From the NCBI RefSeq assembly GCF_037042905.1, contig NC_087248.1, forward strand, positions 20,832,001-20,896,000: DNA of 64,000 nt. The letters are read 5' to 3'. Of the stretch, positions 1 to 20,509 are shown piece by piece (the first letter of the stretch is position 1; each line of letters starts with the position of its first letter). A model generated the notes under the pieces. It made no database searches. It saw nothing but the letters and a program-made list of their open reading frames with translations, and was not told the DNA's origin. The stretch comes from Lytechinus pictus. Lineage: Eukaryota. The position numbers and the translations under genes were made by a program.

Positions 1-475
1 TTTGAATATTGAGATCACTAGTGCCATGTAGATCCTCCCATCGGCAATGCGACCAAGATCTGTGATATCACACACGTACAACTCCCTCATTACTTTAGTA
101 CTTATTTCACTTATATTCTCACTTTTATAGAGTCTATCACAAGGTTAGGTGTTTTCTTTATGAGATGACAAGTACAGAGGTTTCACAACATTATATCATT
201 GATGAATCGTTTGTCATATGATTAGAATGAGCAAAAAGAGATGTTTTGGGGTATATTTTCAGTGTCCGAATGGGAGAGTTGTACGTGTGTGACATCACAG
301 ATCTTGGTCGCATTGCCAATGGGAGGATCTCCATAGCATTAGTGATCTCGACATTCAAATGCTCATAACTCTTTTATTGCTAGTCCTATTTTACTCAAAG
401 TTTTGTTGATCTTATTCTTTGATTTTTCTGCTTTCACAAAAGCTAACTTGCTCCAAGAGTTTCATTCTCCTTTAA
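1..475. mobile_element. Kolobok-like MITE family A, left end outside the window
   Basis: Near-identical to 29550-30023; ends ...TTTCATTCTCCT followed by TTAA (472-475). Confidence 0.85.
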
Positions 476-700
476 AGGGGAAGTTCACCCTGACCGTAAA
501 GTTTATCGTAAAAATAGCAGGAAAATAAATATTGGTGAATGATCGAGGGAAATCCATCAAAGATTACTTAAAAAGTGAAAAAAAAACTTAAAATTCTAAT
601 GAATTTCCTAACCCTTGATGGATTTTCCTCAACCTTCATTAATATTTTCTATTATTTTTTCTGATATTTTACAACAAACTTTTGTTGGGGCGAACTTTAA
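476..700. mobile_element. Kolobok-like MITE family B (short derivative) sharing the TTAA of the previous element
   Basis: TTAA-AGGGGAAGTTCACCCTGAC start and degenerate inverted end GGGGCGAACT-TTAA; related to 2225-2958. Confidence 0.6.
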
Positions 701-941
701 GTTCCAAATTTATTTATTTATTTATTTATTAATTAATTAATCAATTAATTAATTCCTTTTAGTTCCCAACCCGATTTTTTTCTCATTTTGAGGAATTAAT
801 ACTGAAACTACTGATGGGTGATTCCCTGCATGCTGGGTCGTTCGAGATATATTTTGACAACATTTTACTTTTTTTTTTTACTTTAAAAAACAAATTAGCA
901 TTTCTCTTGATTAATGGTGATCCAGAAGGGAACAAGAACCA

Positions 942-1525
942 CGACAAGTTCACCCCAGGAAAATTCTGACTTGAATAAATAAAGAAAAATCAAACTAGCA
1001 TAGTGCTGAAAATTTCATCAAAATCGGATGTAAAATAAGAAAGTTATGACATTTTAAAGTTTCGCTTATTTTTCACAAATATGCGCAACTAGTTAAGTCA
1101 GCTGATGATGTCCATCACTCACTATTTCGTTTGTTTTTTATTGTTTGAATTATACAATATTTCATTTTGTATAGATTTGACAATAAGGACCAACTTGACT
1201 AAACCATATAGCATTAAACAATGCTAATTCCACATGTTCAGGGAGGAATTAATCCTATCACTTGACAATGAGGAGAAAAATAGAATATTTCTAAATTCAT
1301 ATAATAAAATACAAAAGAAATAGCGAGTGGATGACGTCATAGTCTCCTCATTTGCATACCAGCCAGGATGTGCATAAAACTTTTTTGTGAAATTAAGCGA
1401 AACTTTAAAAGGTCATAACTTTCTTACTTTATATCCGATTTTGATGAAATTTTCAGTGTTATGCTTGTTGGATTTTTCTCTTTTTATTCAAATCAACTTT
1501 TTGTTTGGGTGGACTTGTCCTTTAA
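942..1525. mobile_element. Kolobok-like MITE family C
   Basis: GACAAGTTCACCCC...GGGTGGACTTGTCCT-TTAA; similar over its length to 18550-19129. Confidence 0.8.
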
Positions 1526-2006
1526 CTTGACTCGGCTACATATACTCCAGAATTTAATTGCAAAGCAGTACAGTGCCGTGGCGGGACACAAAAGCATAGA
1601 ATCGCCCCGATGATAGATTACTTTTAGGCACGTTTATTATTATTCAAAACGTCAGTTTGGGCAACAGCACCACTGTCATTCGGTGCATTTGAACTCAAAT
1701 GGCATGATGGTTTGATAATCAATGAGGAAACCCCTTTTCATTAGATTCGCTAGAAAGCATCAATGCGTCCAATAGCGACTGGTATTTAACAATTTGCCTA
1801 ATTTTGATACATAGCCTCGTTGGGATCCTAGTCGGAGTAAAATTATATTATGAATGGATTAAAATTCCATTTTTTTTTAACCTTACCACGACCCAGACGT
1901 AGGTTGTTTAGCTCGGAGGAAATTAAGGTCGGAGTAGTGCCCCTCTGGACATAGTTACACAGACCTTCCTCCGAACTAGTTATACTCCTGGAAACAAGTA
2001 GGAGTA

Positions 2007-2198
2007 CACTCTTAAAATGTTGGGCAACATACCGTCCACACAACAATTGGTTGAAAATTATCCAACTCTAGGTATTTTTCAACCAATACTGTCTAGGTTT
2101 CACCCAAGGCACAATTTTTTGGTTTAAAACTACCCAGATTTTGATGAATTTTTAACCAATTGTGGTTTGGACAGTATGTTGCCCAACATTTTAAAAGA
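2007..2198. mobile_element. CACT-terminated palindromic MITE
   Basis: CACTCTTAAAATGTTGGGCAACATAC ... GTATGTTGCCCAACATTTTAA inverted repeats; right terminus degraded. Confidence 0.65.
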
Positions 2199-2224
2199 AT
2201 TTATCTTGGTCAGAGGAAGGTCGG

Positions 2225-2958
2225 AGTTCACCATGACAAAAAATATATTCTAAAAATAGCAGAAATAATTAAAATATTGGAGAAGGGTCGAGAAAAATCC
2301 TTGAAAGATTTATAAAGCTATTCTAATTTCAATTTTATTTCTTTGATTTGTGACGTCATATGCGAGCAGCTTCCCATGTATCATGATTTTGTTTAAAAAA
2401 AATAAATCTGAAATGTAATTTTCTATTTAAAAAAAGATCTAAATGGGTTTCTAGTATTTACCTTTAGAACGTCAACAGACGAATTATTTCAAACCCGCTC
2501 CTGAAAAAAGAAAATTTTTAATCCTCATAAGAATTCAAAAAACGACATCTGTGCATTTTATTACATAAAATATGAGACAACTGCTCGTATAATAATAATA
2601 ATAAAAATAATAAGGTTTTATTTATCCAGGGTAGCCACTTCGATCATAAGACTGCTCTTCTAGTGGGCCCTGCGTAACATAAATGTTATCATTACCCTTC
2701 TCCAGTCAAAATGCTGAGCGCCAAGCAAGAAGGCAGAAGGTCCCATTTTATAAGTCTTTGGTATGACTCGGCCGGGGATCGAACCCACGACCTCCCGTTC
2801 ATGAGGTGGACGCTCTATACCACTGAGCCACATGACGTCACAAATCAAAAACTTGAAATTCCAACAACTTTCAAAAATCTCTAATATATTATTTTCCTAA
2901 AACCTTCAACAATATGTTTCATTTTTTCTGGTACCTGTACAACGAACCTTCGTCAGGG
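2225..2958. mobile_element. Degenerate family B MITE interrupted by a SINE
   Basis: GAGTTCACCATGAC...GTCAGGG ends; internal inverted pair TTTGTGACGTCAT/ATGACGTCACAAA; similar to 476-700. Confidence 0.55.
2589..2830 (-). mobile_element. tRNA-derived SINE
   Basis: Minus strand has an A box (TGGCTCAGTGG), a B box (GGTTCGATCCC), a body and a (TTA)n tail. Confidence 0.85.
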
Positions 2959-3930
2959 CATGGACCTGTGAAGAGATGGACATTCATCGATTTAATAATG
3001 AATTCACTAACAGGTGACTGTTATTATCATCTGATCGTCACCGAGAGAAGGGGCTGAAGGTGTTCGTGATTGGACATATATATTTATCATATTGTTTGCT
3101 TGCTTTGTTTGCTTGCATTTATTTCTGCGTTCAAAAACACAATACAAAAATATTTACAATTACAAAATACAAAATAATTCACAATATAAACAATGTAGTC
3201 ATATTACATTATAAATACAAATAAGAGACAGTGTGAGTATAAATTAATCTTTTATAAATGTAAACATATATATATATAATGTAATAAATGAACGCAGGAG
3301 ACCGCCATCGTGAGCGGTTAGGCTTGAATTGATGGCGGCCTCATATGATATTGTATGCGCAGTGGATGATAAATCACTGAAATCATGGAAAATCGATATG
3401 CAGTTCTTATTTGCCTCTGGTAATCCCAATTCCATGTGTTTTAATTAAAAAAAAGTCTGCATATTTTAATATAGAGGCAATTTGGTGATTGATTTTTTTT
3501 TACCATTTGAAATTACATGCTCCCAAGTTTCTTCATGATATTCCAGATGTACGTGGCACATATATAGATCGTGTATCTCTCAGTGTTATTGAGATCGTTA
3601 TGTGTGAGCGGAGGTGGGTGGATCGAATGGTATCATATTTTATATCACAAAAATAGTCTGCTTCTCAAGTGTGCTGCTCCAAATATGAAGCATATTAATT
3701 GAAAGGCATATGTTGAAAAAGGGCATCAGCCAACAAAAATCAAGATCATCAGGGAAACTGTTCCTTCAGATATCTCTTGGTAGTCATCCCGGGTAGTCAT
3801 GGTAATAGCTATTGTCACAACACCTGTGTGTTCTCATTCAGATGTACATAACCAGATAACCAGGTGACGGTGACTATCATTGGATGAAAGAAATGCTCGC
3901 GTTAATCGTCCATCTCTTCATAGGTCCATG
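2959..3930. mobile_element. P-superfamily-like TIR element (CATGGACCT.. ends) containing a LINE-like 3' fragment
   Basis: 23-bp TIRs CATGGACCTGTGAAGAGATGGAC / GTCCATCTCTTCATAGGTCCATG with one mismatch. No clear TSD. Confidence 0.5.
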
Positions 3931-4703
3931 ATCATATCCATTGACAAAGAAGTCACTCAGCCACGTTAGCAGCTGAGGCATTCGTGAAAATTTCCTCTCA
4001 GTCTAACGTGAACAAAATGGAATTCGTTCCTGATGTCTCCAACATCAATCAGTTGAGTCATGAGCGGTGTACAATGTACAAGTAGGGTATCAATAAGAAG
4101 CTAAGGGGTTACACATTCTGGTATATTTGAAAATGAAATATTCAACGATCTCTGAATATTTGTTCCCTTTTGTTGATACGAATTATATGATGGCGCCTTT
4201 GCCTATGGGGCTATTTCCATGACTGTGTCTGCCGTATTGTCATTATCATTTTCAATGGGATTCGATGAAAAATAAGACTATGTTATATCACAAAAAGTGC
4301 AAAGCAATTACGTATTGAATGAAAGTATAATCATGATAATTGTGTCAGTATAGACATGATAGAAAAGCTGTCGATTTATCTCAGTGAGGTTAAATGTCAC
4401 AAAACCACTTTAGTCAATGAAACTTCGATCTATTTTTCCCCCGGCAAGTACACGTTATTCACCAACTCATTCTCACCATCATATAATTGAGAGTCCCATT
4501 ACTATATGCTTTGTTTCTAATGCAAGGTTGTGGATTCCATTGGGTTAGAAAAATAAAGAGGGATCTATTTGTAAATTGTAATCCATGAAATTTGGAAAAG
4601 GGCCCTCAAAAACCCATCTCCATGCATGATCGAACCACACGTTGATGACATATTTCAGGAGCTTTCGATTAATTTCAAGCGATAATGGTCAGCTCAACGT
4701 TGC

Positions 4704-4718
4704 GTTGCCCACAGCAAC
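4704..4718. promoter_or_regulatory. RFX X-box-like motif upstream of tubulin gene 1
   Basis: GTTGCC-CAC-AGCAAC matches GTNRCC(N0-3)RGYAAC. Confidence 0.45.
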
Positions 4719-4940
4719 AGTGTACACAGTCATCTGTCACGAGGTTTGCATTTCAAATGGACAAAAGAATTGACCATACATACCGGTGGTGATTTTCGAT
4801 CGATCGCACAATATAGGCAAACGTTAGGCGAGGACTGATGAATGGGAAGCCATTGACCCCCCCCCCTCCTCCTCTTCCCCCTCCTTGCAACAAAATACCA
4901 AGGGCAATCGCCTGGCGACCGTTGAGAGGCGCCAACCGTT

Positions 4941-5030
4941 AGCCAATCACAGGCCGTTGTTTGGTTGTTCAGGTATCGGGGAGAGAATTGTATAAATAGG
5001 AGGGTCCCGTTAGGCCAACCACCATTCATA
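4941..5030 (+). promoter_or_regulatory. Core promoter of alpha-tubulin gene 1 (CCAAT + TATA)
   Basis: AGCCAATCA at 4941-4949 and TATAAATA at 4991-4998, about 130 bp upstream of the ATG-only exon; pyrimidine-rich Inr-like CCATTCA near 5022. Confidence 0.75.
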
Positions 5031-5122
5031 ACCTGCTTCAGACACATCGCACGTCGGCGGCACTAGTGAATTGTGACTTTCAAGTCAACTTTTCGACAAC
5101 ATCCCAACTCAAATACCTCAAT

Positions 5123-8377
<3,255 letters not shown>

Positions 8378-9524
8378 AGTATAACGCAAAATGAACCCAA
8401 TCTTTCAGACCATCATCGGCAAAACTTCCTCTAAAAGATGAAGATATTCTAAGAATACCTTAATCGAATTTCCGTCCACATAACTCGCGACTTTCAGAGG
8501 GAAAGTAATTGTTCAAAACAGTAAAACGATGATACCAATACAGTATGTGATCATTAAGATTAAATCATGATCAACCTAAAATTTTCCTCATCTTGTTTTA
8601 GTAATTTTTTTGTTTTGCTTTGAATGGTCTTGCATGAGGTGTCTTACTTTGTGGGGGTGTGTTCAGAATGAGTTGGGTGTTGTAGGAGTGTCCGCAATTT
8701 GGGCAGGAAAAGTGCAAGTTTGTATATGTAATAAAATATTTAATTTTGTTTGACAAGTGTGCTAATGTCAATACAAAATGTCATTAATTTTGGTGAGAGC
8801 GATATAGATGTACAGATACTGCCTTACTTAAAAGAAGCAAGTAACATTTGATTTTCTTTTTTGATTCAATCTGTTTATGATTTCAAAATTTTAAGATTTT
8901 ATCTAGACCATATTGGCTGGTTACCCATCATGCTATTACATTTGAATTTATGTAAATTTTGGACACATTTTACTCTTGTTGTAGGAAGTTACACTTTTGT
9001 TACTTGCTTTCTTCAAAGTAGGGGAGTGTAAGTGTATGAAAGTGATGCTGGCTGAAGGAGACAAGAGGGGAAATATGAGGAAGAAACGGTTGAAATATGA
9101 CAATGCGCTATGGAAAGTGAAAGACGATGCGACGGACATGAGGGATAGTTTGTGATGAGATGTGAAGAGGTAGAAAATGGGAGGAGTGGGAGAAGAGAGA
9201 TATGGAGAGAGTGGGTGGAAGGGCGAGCTATCAAGGTTTGAGTGGGGGTGCTTATACATGTTATGTGACCTATCCAAAGAGCTATATCCCCAACATGCCC
9301 AATGCAATCAAATCTATTCGATTCTAGCTACAAGCTATTGCATGCATCATTCATATTTTTTTAAACAAAGATCATAGAGAATAAAATCTCGAGTGGTGGT
9401 GGGTAGGGATGAGGGGCTAAATGGGATTCAATGTCGTAAAAATGTGGACATAAAACACGCCCCGTAAAGGCTATAAAAATGCCAAAATCAGGGGAAAGGG
9501 GTACGATTTTCAAAGATATCCAAT

Positions 9525-9982
9525 CATGAAAATTATGTAAAATAAGAAAGTTATAACATTTTAAAGTTTCGCTTAATTTCTCAAAACAGTTATATGCACA
9601 TCCTGTTTGGTATGCAAATGAGGGGACCGATGACATCACCCACTAACTGTTTCTTTTGTATTTTATTATATGCAATTTCATCATTTTAACATTTTGTGGT
9701 TCCAGCAAGGGGTTCCTAATTGTCAAATTCGTAAAAATTGAAATATTGTATAATTCACACAATAAAAAACAAAAGAAATAGTGAGTGAGTGACATCATCG
9801 ACTCTCTCATTTGCATATCACTGAGTTGAGCATAGAACTGTTTTATGAAAAATAAGCGAAACTTTAAAATGTCATAACTTTCTTATTTAACATCCAATTT
9901 TGATGAAGTTTTCAGCGTTATTCATGTTTGATTTTTCTCTATTTATTTAAATCAACTCTTTCGGGGGTGGACTTGACCTTAA
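9525..9982. mobile_element. Partial family C-related Kolobok-like MITE
   Basis: Shares ATGTAAAATAAGAAAGTTAT..TTTTAAAGTTTCGCTT and the GGGTGGACTTGACCT end with family C. Confidence 0.7.
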
Positions 9983-10390
9983 AAAAAAAAAAAAATCCTT
10001 TTTTCTTCTGGGGCATCCGTCCGTATATTCTCTGCTTGTGAATACATTTTGCCTGGATATTGACATGATCGAAACACTCATTTTGCGCACGAAATGGTAA
10101 TGGTATTATTTCGAGCAATACAGGGGGCTCGTCATCAGAATGATTCGTCGCCGAAAAAACTCATTACCGAGAAAAAAAAAGGCAAAAATGGGGCAAAGGG
10201 GGGGGGGGTAAAAATTGTGACTTATTCATATCCTCACTTTCGGGGGGGGGTCGATCACTGCCGATTAAAGGTACTGGGCAAAGATTGTCAGTAGCGTAAA
10301 GAGAAACAAAAATAGGATCCAAACATGACGAAGGAAGCAAAAGTTCTCAAAAGATGCGAAAGAGCAAACATTTTTTTTTAACTTTGGGGG

Positions 10391-10503
10391 CAGTGGCGGA
10401 CCGTGACCCAGAGGAGACAAAACATGGAGGGGCACAGCATTGTTCACAAAAAATACAGTGCCCCTCCAATGCTTTGTCTCCTCCGGGTCACGGTCCGCCA
10501 CTG
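10391..10503. mobile_element. 113-bp hAT-like mini-MITE
   Basis: TIRs of about 45 bp (CAGTGGCGGACCGTGACCC.../...GGGTCACGGTCCGCCACTG); perfect 8-bp TSD TTTGGGGG. Confidence 0.9.
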
Positions 10504-10884
10504 TTTGGGGGTATGACCCAAAGCCCCCCCACCCCCCACCATCTGTGCGCCACTGCTGATCGTGACAATCTTTGGCTAAAATCCGGGCCAGGAATGAATG
10601 TCGATATGTTATGATGACCTTTTCATGAAAGATTTCTATACTTTTATTTATAGCAAACACCCTCTTTATACTATTTCTATACGCCATCAATAATATTCCA
10701 ATTTAAATGCGTAGAAACCTAACATTTATTTCAAGAAAAAATAGGCCTATACAGTTTCCATCGCTGTTTTGCATTCTTTAAGTATCGCGTCTATAATTGT
10801 TAATATTATGTTCAATCCTTTATGCATGGCACATGCAAACATGTTTTATGTATGTTTTATTTTACATATTTGTTTTATCTGTTC

Positions 10885-11080
10885 CATGACATTTGCTCCA
10901 CCGACAATTGTTGTGCTCTAAATTCAAAACACATCCATCGAATGCCCTTCTCCAACCCTAGATTTAACACTATACCCTACCCTAAACCTAATTATAAAAA
11001 CCCTATTGTATAACCTTATATCCTAGACGAAATAAAGCCCGATGGGCAATTGTCGCCTGAGAAAGTGTCTTGCCACCGTT
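10885..11080. mobile_element. Short TIR element with CCCTA(A) motifs (second copy at 36151-36626)
   Basis: CGACAATTG ... CAATTGTCG inverted ends; shared internal TATATC(C/T)TAGACGAAATA..AAGCCC. Confidence 0.55.
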
Positions 11081-11414
11081 TTATCATTTGATTGAATAAA
11101 TAAAAATAAACAAGGAAACGTTTCAACATAAGCACCCCTACTCGTTGGACTACGCCCCAATTCATCACCAGGTTTGGATCCCCTGTAACCATGGTAACTG
11201 CCTCCAATTATTGTCTCATTCGGACCGGACACACAATGGACAGAATGTGATTCACGTTTCCCTTTGTCAGCATTTAAAAAAACATTTTTTAAGGGGGAGG
11301 GGGGGGGGGGAGTTCAGGCACCCAACTTTTTTTTTAATGTTTTTTTTTAGCATCCATCCGGCATTAATCGAAGGGTTATTGTAATTCACACCGTCATGCC
11401 TGATAGAACGGTTA

Positions 11415-11850
11415 CACTTCGTAATTCCGAAGGTTCTTTATTCCGAAGGTTCGTAACTCCGAAACACGTAAATTGCCTTTACCTCGATGTTCGTTAATCC
11501 GAAAACGTAAAAGGGTTCGTTAATCCGAACATTTGTGGCGTTATTCCGAAGGTTCGTTATTCCGAAGGTTCGATAATCCGAAAACGAAATTAGGTTCGAT
11601 GTTCCGAAGGTTCGTTAATCCGAAAACGAAATAAGGTTCGTTGTTCCGAAGGTTCGTTAGTCCGAAAACGAAATAAGGTTCGTTAATCATTTAGTTTTCG
11701 GACTAACGAACCTTCGGAATTACGAACCTCATTTCGTTTTCGGACTAACGAACCTTCGGAATTACGAACCTTCGGAAATACGAACCTTCGGAATAACGAA
11801 CCATCGGAATATCCGAACCTTCGGAATAACGAAGCTTCGGAATTACGAAT
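11415..11850. repeat. Minisatellite-built foldback MITE (TTCCGAAGGTTCGTTA units switching orientation)
   Basis: Units of about 16 bp run forward from 11418 to about 11700 and inverted (CGAACCTTCGGAA) from about 11700 to 11850; outer TTCGTAATTCCGAAG / CTTCGGAATTACGAA. Confidence 0.8.
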
Positions 11851-12014
11851 GTATGCGGATAGGACAGAATGACTTGGGACAGTAGATTAACAAGCCGATA
11901 ACGATCCAGTATGCAGTACACAGGCATAGTATTCTTTTAAAAATTGTTATAATTGTAAAATTTATGTTTTAAGTAATGAACCCTCCACATAAGAGGTAGA
12001 ACAAATACAAAAAG

Positions 12015-12560
12015 TGATGATGATGATAATGATGATGATGATGGTGATGATGATGGCGGTGTAGTGGTTGTGGNNNNNNNNNNNNNNNNNNNNNNNNNNN
12101 NNNNNNNNNNNNNNNNNNNNNNNNNNNNNNNNNNNNNNNNNNNNNNNNNNNNNNNNNNNNNNNNNNNNNNNNNNNNNNNNNNNNNNNNNNNNNNNNNNNN
12201 NNNNNNNNNNNNNNNNNNNNNNNNNNNNNNNNNNNNNNNNNNNNNNNNNNNNNNNNNNNNNNNNNNNNNNNNNNNNNNNNNNNNNNNNTATAATGGTTAC
12301 GAAATCCTTCCATTGTTCAAGATTGCCGAATTCATCATCTGCATTCATGACTCCGATGATGATGATGGTGATGATGATGATTATGGTGATGATGGTGATG
12401 ATGATGATGGCGATGGTGATGACGATGATGGCGGTGGTGGTGGTGTTGATGGTGATGATGATGATAATGATGATGAAGATGATGATGATCAAGATGATGA
12501 AGATGATGATGATGATGGTGGTGGTGGTGGCGATAATAGTGATGATGTCAATGTTGATGA
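12015..12560. repeat. (GAT)n/(GGT)n microsatellite spanning an assembly gap
   Basis: Trinucleotide repeat on both sides of the N run 12074-12288. Confidence 0.9.
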
Positions 12561-13200
12561 ACCTGATGGTCCCGATCATCTCCATCAACCGAATAATTAT
12601 TATGGTCATATTGCGCTAAAAGCACAATTCATCTATTTCCTCCGGTAAAAATTTTGATTTAAAGTCTCCAAAAAGACAATTAAGGAGAGTATTCCAATCC
12701 CGGGATTTCAGTATGTTTAAGAAGTCAATGATGTTTGTCAATTTGTGTATTTTTTTTCTCTAATGTGCATCTTCTTTGTACTGTTTTGCTTGTACCATGG
12801 TCCAAGCATTTCGTGCAGTGCCGCAAAAAAATAAAGAGCCACATTAAAAAAAAGAAGAATGTCACCTTCAGGACCTATCAAAGAAGGTTTTTATAATGAT
12901 TACGAAATCCTTTCATTGTTCAAGATTGCCGAATTCGTCATCTGCATTCATGACTCCGAAACGAAAATCGAACGCCATGATGCCTTAGCACGGCTATAGC
13001 AACCAACTCAATGGCGTTCTTTGTGTTTACTATAGGCAAGGTAAACAAAAGCTTTCGCCATGTGTGCGAGTGTGTTGTAAATGCGTGTATCGCTTTTTGT
13101 ATTGCTCTAGCCATTTTCGCAATTATTTCTCAACTTGCTGATAGACACAGCGCACGTCAGAAGCATTTTGTGGAAATTGTGTACACCTTGATTTATCATC

Positions 13201-17576
<4,376 letters not shown>

Positions 17577-18039
17577 AGTTATTCTCCCCTCTCTCTGAGC
17601 TTTAAGTATAACACTTTTTATGTTATGATTGTATGTTTATTCATTTGATATTTATTTCATATGCTTTAGCGTTGGTTGTTCATGTTGATCATGTTACATT
17701 GCCTTCGCCACCTCATCAATGATGTCAATGCACAAAATGATGATTGTTAAATAGAATTCCAAAATTCATTAAGTTTTATGATATGTAATATCTGTTTAAA
17801 CTGTTCGAAGGTGTAACAAATTACTTTATACCAGACCCGATTCATATCCGGGCACAACTCCAACAGAAGACAACTCTCGAAGACACCTTTCCCGAATAGT
17901 CAATCTCCTGACGACAATACCTGCAGTTCCCGGGGAAGTCGTCCTCCTTGAGTAGTTGTTTTAGCACCATATTCACAAACTTAAGAAAAGGTGACAAAAG
18001 GAGTGTAATGGCAACGGGAATGTTGCAACGAAATTTTGC

Positions 18040-18425
18040 TATGTTGGTGGTGATGGTGATAGTGATGATGATGGTGATATCGACGTTTGTGGCTGCGATG
18101 AAAATGATAAAAGATGATGACGATGATAAATGATGATGATGTTGACAGTGCATGATAATGGTATTGACGATGATAATTGTGGTGGGGATGATACGACGAC
18201 GATGATGTTAGTGTTTGTGTTGTTGTTGTTGACGATGATGCTGCTGCTGCTGATGATGATGGTAATGATGATGATGATTATGATGATGATGATGAAGATG
18301 ATGATGATGAAGATGATGACGATTATGATGATGATAAAGATGATGATGATGATAATGATAAAGGCGGTGGTGGTAGTGTGAAAGGTGACTTAAATGTTGG
18401 TGTCAATGATGATGTAAAAGATGAC
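18040..18425. repeat. (GAT)n microsatellite
   Basis: Degenerate GAT/GTT/GCT trinucleotide array. Confidence 0.9.
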
Positions 18426-18549
18426 GAAAAAAAAATTGTTTTAGTTTTGCTTTATATTTATGTAATTAAATGTTGGCAATAGTGTGACTACTGATTTTAC
18501 ATGTATATATGCGTTCAGTTGTTCAACATGCATTTTATGTTATCATTAA

Positions 18550-19129
18550 AGGCCAAGTCCACCCAAAAAATGCTGATTTGAATAAATAGAGAAAATCAAT
18601 CTAGCCCAACACTGAAAATTTCATCAAAATCGGATGTAAAATAAGAAAGTTATGACATTTTAAAGTTTCGCTTATTTTTCACAAAACAGTGATATGCACA
18701 TTTGAGTGACATATGTCCCTCACTCACTATTTCTTTTGTTTTTTATTGTTTGAATTATACAATATATCATTTTTTACAAATTTGACAATAATGACCAACT
18801 TGACTGAACCATATAGTATTAAACAATCCTAATTCCACATGTTCAGGGAGGAATTAATCGTTGTTTCACTTGGCAATGAGAAAATTAGAATATTTCATAT
18901 TTCATATAATAAAATACAAAAGAAATAGTGAGTGGATGATGTCATCAGTCTCCTCATTTGCATACAGACCAGGATTTGCATATAACTGTTTTGTGAAATT
19001 AAGCGAAACTTTAAAATGTCATAACTTTCTTATTTTACATTCGATTTTGATGAAATTTTCAGTGTTATGTTTGTTGGATTTTTTTCTCTTTTTATTCAAA
19101 TCAACTTCTTGTTGGAGTGGACTTGTCCT
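18550..19129. mobile_element. Kolobok-like MITE family C, full length
   Basis: TTAA|AGGCCAAGTCCAC ... GTGGACTTGTCCT|TTAA. Confidence 0.88.
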
Positions 19130-20509
19130 TTAAAGAAGGAGTCGACTTTTCCAATGACTAAAGGAAAGAGTCGATTTCCACCCCGATTTTATCGCAACTA
19201 GATCAGAGTTAATTTTTAAGAATGAGATGAACACAACCTTAACGATCAGTTACGCAAAAAAAGAAAAAAATAATAATTGACTTACCAAAAAAAGGAAAGT
19301 CTTGTAGTTTTATTTCCCGGCGTTACACGCAAGCAGACTCCCACTTTTCATGTAATGTAAATTTCATAATAAATTATTACATTTTTTTGTGAAAAGAAAT
19401 GAAAATAACTTCCCCTATACCTCCAATATATAATCAGGTGTATTTCTTCATACATCTTTATAGATAAGGAATTAAATTTTTATGACTCATTGGCAAAATC
19501 GTTATGAAATTCATATCATGACGTGTGATACAGCTGCTCGCATGTGACGACACAAAATGGAAGTCATGAAAACTCAGTTTTTTTATGACAGATTTTTACC
19601 AGAAATTCATCAGTATTTTATCCTATTTCTTGCTTTCAATAGAGATAGTTGAGGTGGTATTGATTGTCATATTTAGACATAACCCCTGCAAATACAGTTC
19701 TATTTATTTGAAACAACTTCATCGTATTTATGTTATTGAACTCGATTCATATTTATATTATACACATAATGTGTTCTTACATATTTGTATATTAGTGGAT
19801 TAAAGTAAATTTAAAAGAAAAAACAAATCATTTGCCAGATGAATATTTCATTTTTGATAGATTTGGTATGATATGTATAAGATGATTGAATGGGAGAGAG
19901 CGTATACGGTATAAGGATAGAGAGAAAGGGACGTGCAAGAGAGGGGGAGAGGGAGGGAGAGAGGGAGAGAGGGAGAGAGAGAGGGAGAGGGAGAGAGGGG
20001 GGGGGGTTACAGGATAGACTACTATCTAATCATTAATAGTAATGGAAACAGCAGAAGCCATAGAAGTATTAATTTTGTCACCCTTTTAGTAATTATTATC
20101 ATTACTGTTTTGCGGTGATGTTTTAATCATTTTGAAGTGGTTCTCATCAGATAGGAAAGGGGGACGTGGGGCGTAGAGAAGGGAAAGGTAAAACCACTTG
20201 ATGCATCATCTATCACCACTGCCAACAGTAACAAAACCCACTTCTACTCTCTCCCTCTCTCTTAACCCCCATTCCATATTAGCTCAAACATATTTCAATA
20301 TCATTGTTGATAGTTGCACACCACAGGTGTAGGGTATGAATTTAATGTGCTAAAATTACAGGTGTGCAGGGCGCCATCTCATTGCATCTTCCTAACTTGA
20401 GAAATGAAGATGATGAACTTTGGATAATAACATAATATTTGTAGATAGATGACTTGGTCGTAGTGAACAAGAAATGTAATCTTCACTAATACTAATTTAT
20501 CCCTTTCGA

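Noticed and set aside
11962-12648. Poly-I/D/M/H ORFs (also 13444-14022, 18130-18381, 20518-21348)
   Set aside because: Translations of trinucleotide microsatellites and N gaps.
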